A stretch of DNA of 54,599 nt from Gemmatimonadota bacterium. Lineage in GTDB: Bacteria > Gemmatimonadota > Gemmatimonadetes > Gemmatimonadales > GWC2-71-9. The first letter of the stretch is position 1. Each line of letters begins with the position of its first letter. The position numbers and the translations under genes were made by a program. Of the stretch, positions 49,944 to 54,599 are shown one piece after another. The stretch is taken from contig QHUR01000034.1 of the NCBI GenBank assembly GCA_003221995.1, forward strand, positions 1 through 54,599, in the 5' to 3' direction. The notes below the pieces were generated by a model that was not told where the DNA came from, did no database searches, and worked only from the letters and a program-made list of their open reading frames with translations.

Positions 49944-50426
49944 ATGAATCTCGACATCATCGCGCAGCTGGTGCAGATCCTGAGGGACGCTCCGGAGCTG
50001 GGCGCGATCGAGGTTCGCCGGGGGCTGTTCGGGACCTGGTCGTCGGTCCGGGTGTCGAAGGCCGGGCATTCGCCGAATGCCGGAGGCGGCCACATCGTGG
50101 TCACCCAGGCCCCGGGCGCCGCCCCCCTGGCCCCGACGGCCCCCGGGGAAGGGGCCGCCCTCCCGGCCGCCCCAGCCAGCAAGCTGCTCGAGATCAAGTC
50201 CCCCATGGTGGGGACGTTTTACTCCGCCCCCGAGCCCGGCGCCCAGCCGTACGTCAAGCTGGGGAGCCGCGTTGCCGCGGGGCAGGTGGTGTGCATCATC
50301 GAAGCGATGAAGATCATGAACGAAATCGAGTCCGAGGTCGCCGGCGTGGTGCGGGAGGTGGCAGTCGAGAACGTGCAACCGGTCGAGTTCGGGCAGGTTC
50401 TCTTCCGAGTGGATCCACATGGCTGA
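49944..50426 (+). CDS. accB: Acetyl-CoA carboxylase biotin carboxyl carrier protein
   Basis: The biotinylation motif '[13 protein letters not shown]' is preceded by '[10 protein letters not shown]' and a Pro/Ala linker. Confidence 0.9.
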   Translation: MNLDIIAQLVQILRDAPELGAIEVRRGLFGTWSSVRVSKAGHSPNAGGGHIVVTQAPGAAPLAPTAPGEGAALPAAPASKLLEIKSPMVGTFYSAPEPGAQPYVKLGSRVAAGQVVCIIEAMKIMNEIESEVAGVVREVAVENVQPVEFGQVLFRVDPHG

Positions 50427-51572
50427 CGCCCCTTCCAGCAACGCCCCGACGTTCAACTTCAAACAGGCGATCACGCAGATGGTCCAGCGCAACGCGTCGG
50501 ACCTCCTGCTCAAGGTCGGCCGGCCCGCGACGATTCGCGTGAACGGCGAGCTCGCCGCGCTCAACACGGCCCCGCTCAAGCCCGAGGAGCTGAAGTCGCT
50601 CGCCGAGCAGATCATGACGCCACGGCAGGTGAAGGAGTTCGCCGAGCACAAGGAGGCGGACTTCGCGATCGGGGTCCCGGGTGTGGGGCGGTTCCGGACC
50701 AACGTGTACCAGCAGCGCGGCACGGTCGCGTTCGCCTTCCGGTCGATTCCCTACGAGGTCAAGCAGATCAAGGAGCTGAATCTGCCGCCGGTGCTGGAGG
50801 AGATCGCCCTCAAGCCGCGCGGCTTGGTGCTCGTGACCGGCGTGACGGGCTCGGGGAAGTCCACCGCGCTGTCGGCGATGGTGAACCACATCAACCTGAA
50901 CCGGCGCGTGAACATCATCACGATCGAGGACCCGATCGAGTTCCTGCACCGCGACAACCTGGCGAACATCTCACAGCGCGAGGTGGGGAACGACACGCTG
51001 TCGTTCAACGCGGCGCTGCGGCACGTGCTGCGGCAGGCGCCGGACGTGATCCTGATCGGCGAGGTGCGGGACCTCGAGACGCTCGACACCGCGCTCAAGG
51101 CCGCCGACACGGGCCATCTCGTGTTCTCGACGCTGCACACGACGGACGCCACCCAGACGATCACCCGGGTGATCTCGTTCTTCCCGCCGCACCAGCACGA
51201 CGAGGTCCGCCACCTCTTGTCCACCGCCCTCTCGGCGGTGGTGTCACTGCGCCTGGTGCCGCGCAAGGACGGGCGGGGCCGCATCCCGGCGTCGGAAATC
51301 CTGATCAACACGGCCGCGGTCCAGGACAACATCCGGGACCTGTCCAAGCAGCTCAACATTCCGGACCTGATCGCCGAAGGGTCGGTGCAGTACGGCATGC
51401 AGTCCTTCGACCAGGCGCTGCTCGCCTGGTACCAGGCGGGCGTCATCAGCTACGAGAGCGCGATCTTCTACGCCACGAACCCGAGCGAATTCGCGCTCAA
51501 GGTGTCGGGCGTGGATTCGCAGGGGAGCAAGCTCGGCGGCACCGCGCCCGCCGGGATCGAGCTTACACCCTG

Positions 51573-51573
<1 letters not shown>
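50419..51573 (+). CDS. pilT: PilT/PilU-family type IV pilus retraction-type ATPase
   Basis: The 384-aa product has Walker A 'GVTGSGKST', the Asp box '[10 protein letters not shown]', Walker B '[10 protein letters not shown]' and the His box '[11 protein letters not shown]'. It shares an 8-nt overlap with the accB end (ATGGCTGA) and a 1-nt overlap with the accC start (TGATG). Confidence 0.85.
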
Positions 51574-52927
<1,354 letters not shown>

Positions 52928-52931
<4 letters not shown>

Positions 52932-53647
52932 ACGTCGCCGTCTACTTCACGCCGCTCGGCCTGAACGCGGGGGATCTCGCCGGCCGGGGCGTCGTCGTCA
53001 TCGACGTGCTGCGGGCCACCACCAGCGTGATCACGGCCCTCGCGAACGGGGCCAAGGCCGTGATCCCGGCGGCGACCTCGGAGGAAGCGGTGCGCCTGGC
53101 GTCGAACCTGGAAAAGGACGGCGTGCTGCTCGCGGGCGAGCGCAAAACTCTGAAGATCGAAGGGTTCGCGCTCGGGAACTCGCCCGTCGAGATGACCCCG
53201 GCGGCCGTCGCCGGCAAGACGCTCGTGCTCACGACCACGAACGGCACGCCGGCGCTGGTGGCGGCGCAGGGGGGCGCCCCGGTGCTGGTCGGCGCACCGG
53301 TGAACTTCAAGGCCCTGGCCGCGCGGGCGCGCGCGGTGCTGGTCGAGCGCGGCGAGCTGATCATCGTCTGCGCGGGCCGCGAGAAGCAGTTCGCCCTCGA
53401 GGACGCCTACGCAGCGGGGCGGCTCATCAAGGCCATCCGCAAGGGGCTCCGCAAGCTCGCCCTGAACGACGCGGCCACCGCCGCCCTGGCGCTGACGCAG
53501 CAGTTCACCACCTGGGTGGAAGCGCTGGAGCACTCAGAGGCCGGCCGCCAGCTCACTGAGGCGGACCTGGCAGGTGACGTGGCCTTCAGCGCCCAGGCGG
53601 ACCGGTTCGGCGTCGTTCCGGTGTACGCCGACCGGCGCATCACGTGA
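52928..53647 (+). CDS. comB: 2-phosphosulfolactate phosphatase-family protein (ComB-like)
   Basis: '[23 protein letters not shown]' and '[17 protein letters not shown]' are typical of the ComB family. It has an ATGA overlap with accC. Confidence 0.7.
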
Positions 53648-54599
53648 ACCCGAAGGCGCGCCGGGAGCTGCTCGGGATCGGCGCGCTGGTCGTGGGGCTG
53701 TTCCTCGGCCTCACGCTGTTCCGCCTTCCGATCACGGGGAGCTGGGGCGAGCGGGTCGGGGGCCTGCTGTGGCGGGTGTTCGGAGTGGGATCGGTGCTGG
53801 TCCCGGCCATGGGGGTCGGCTGGGCACTCGCGGCATTCCAGCGGCTCGGCAGCCTGTCCGCGGCCCGCGCGGCCGCGCTCGGCGCCGGGCTCATTCTGCT
53901 CGTTCCCTACGGCATCGGCACCGTCACGGGGGTGGGCGTGCCCGGCGACTCCGCAGCCTGGACTCCCACGGCGCAGCTTGTCGGCCTGCTCCCGGCCATG
54001 CTGGCCCGCACCGTGCATCGCACCGTGGGCACGGCTGGAGGCGTGCTCGTCGGCGTGTTCGCGCTGTCGGCGCTCGGGATCCTCACGGTCGGGTGGCACC
54101 CGCTCGTCGTCTTGAGAAGCCGGGAGACGGGAAGCGAGAAGCGGGATGCGAGAGGCGGGATGCGGGATGCGAAGAGACCGGTGCAGCCATCGCGCTTGGT
54201 TGAGCTCGACGAGGCCGAGCGTGAGCGGAAGATCGCAGCGCTGACGGCGGCCAAGGCCCGAAAGATGAAGCCGACGCATCCCGCATCCCGCATCCCGCAT
54301 CCCGTTCCCGCAGGCGTGCTGATCCCGCCGATTGACTTGTTGAATCCCGCGCCCCCCGAGGACGGCGAGGCGGGACTGGCGCAGATCGAGCAGATGGGGC
54401 AGAAGCTGATCGAGACGCTGCACACGTTCCGCGTCGAGGGCGCGATCGCCGGGCGGACCGTCGGTCCCGTAGTCACGCAGTACGAGGTGGCCCCGGGGCC
54501 CGGCGTGAAGGTCGGGCGCATCGCGTCGCTCGCGGACGACCTGGCGCTCGCGATGCGCGCCCCCTCGCTCCGCATCGTCGCGCCCATTCCCGGGAAGGC
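53644..54599 (+). CDS. ftsK: DNA translocase FtsK/SpoIIIE, N-terminal membrane domain, linker and start of the alpha domain (3' end outside the window)
   Basis: This ORF is not in the supplied track because it is open at the 3' edge. I translated it from the GTG at 53644 (GTGA overlap with comB). It has four hydrophobic segments, a charged linker, then 'LIETLHTFRVEGAIAGRTVGPVVTQYEVAPGPGVKVGRIASLADDLALAM', the classic FtsK alpha-domain start. Confidence 0.85.
   Translation, partial: MNPKARRELLGIGALVVGLFLGLTLFRLPITGSWGERVGGLLWRVFGVGSVLVPAMGVGWALAAFQRLGSLSAARAAALGAGLILLVPYGIGTVTGVGVPGDSAAWTPTAQLVGLLPAMLARTVHRTVGTAGGVLVGVFALSALGILTVGWHPLVVLRSRETGSEKRDARGGMRDAKRPVQPSRLVELDEAERERKIAALTAAKARKMKPTHPASRIPHPVPAGVLIPPIDLLNPAPPEDGEAGLAQIEQMGQKLIETLHTFRVEGAIAGRTVGPVVTQYEVAPGPGVKVGRIASLADDLALAMRAPSLRIVAPIPGK
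54122..54170. repeat. Seven tandem degenerate heptamers (consensus G-R-G-A-N-G-C) in the ftsK linker
   Basis: The units are GGGAGAC GGGAAGC GAGAAGC GGGATGC GAGAGGC GGGATGC GGGATGC. Confidence 0.9.
54276..54303. repeat. Four perfect tandem heptamers (GCATCCC)x4, the reverse complement of the upstream GGGATGC units
   Basis: GCATCCCGCATCCCGCATCCCGCATCCC lies 105 nt downstream of the GGGATGC array, inside the ftsK linker (encoding HPASRIPHP). Confidence 0.95.

Noticed and set aside
53407-54587. The ORFs offered by the track across the ftsK 5' region are 53574..54203 (+), 53407..54423 (-) and 53907..54587 (-).
   Set aside because: The frame starting at GTG 53644, which is absent from the track because it is open at the window edge, gives four TM segments and the FtsK alpha-domain motif 'GPVVTQYEVAPGPGVKV'. 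The listed ORFs are low-complexity shadows. The periodic 'ASR(I/L)P' pattern in the minus-strand translation merely reflects the heptamer DNA repeat.

Overview
This is a very GC-rich (judged by eye, not computed), densely packed chromosomal segment from a diderm bacterium. BamD, a full Tol-Pal set, an LptD-like protein, SecA and Tat components are all present. I call about 51 protein-coding genes, and all but one (ppiD-like, minus strand) lie on the + strand. Many are joined by ATGA / GTGA / TGATG start-stop overlaps, so the window reads as a run of long polycistrons. In order, the content is:
- murB (3' part).
- A nucleotide-sugar block: a WbpA/B/E/D-like set for a 2,3-diacetamido uronic acid, plus ugd, a UDP-glucuronate decarboxylase and a second epimerase.
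- Two TPR proteins, bamD, nadD and secA.
- A small AT-richer DoxX/DinB pair.
- radC, relA/spoT, uvrB, tsaE, tsaB, rimI, ssb, a LysM protein, a CcsA/HemX-like membrane protein, hemA and a GalE-like epimerase.
- tolQ-tolR-tolA-like-tolB-pal-cpoB.
- A TatC::LptD-like single ORF, then a lipoprotein.
- hutH-hutU-hutI.
- A large TPR/proline-rich protein, a polyprenyl synthase, a small membrane protein and two tatA-family genes.
- ppiD (-).
- A second TPR/proline-rich protein, aroQ, an M24 peptidase, accB-pilT-accC, comB and the 5' part of ftsK.

I found no rRNA, tRNA, CRISPR array, transposase, integrase or phage genes, and no obvious defence or secondary-metabolite system. This is mostly housekeeping DNA.

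The observations most worth a second look are:
1. An in-frame, stop-free junction fusing a complete TatC to a roughly 915-aa LptD/OstA-like outer-membrane protein, through a signal-peptide-like hydrophobic segment.
2. Three loci sharing one architecture: a tandem 7-8-nt microrepeat array followed by its reverse-complement array. Two sit inside essential genes (tolB signal-peptide region, ftsK linker) and one is intergenic upstream of hutH.
3. A pilT-family ATPase translationally coupled between accB and accC.
4. A 1-nt frameshift in the WbpB-like oxidoreductase.
5. hutI, whose conserved N-terminus lies upstream of any canonical start codon.

All functional calls rest on my recognition of conserved motifs in the supplied translations. 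No database search was run.
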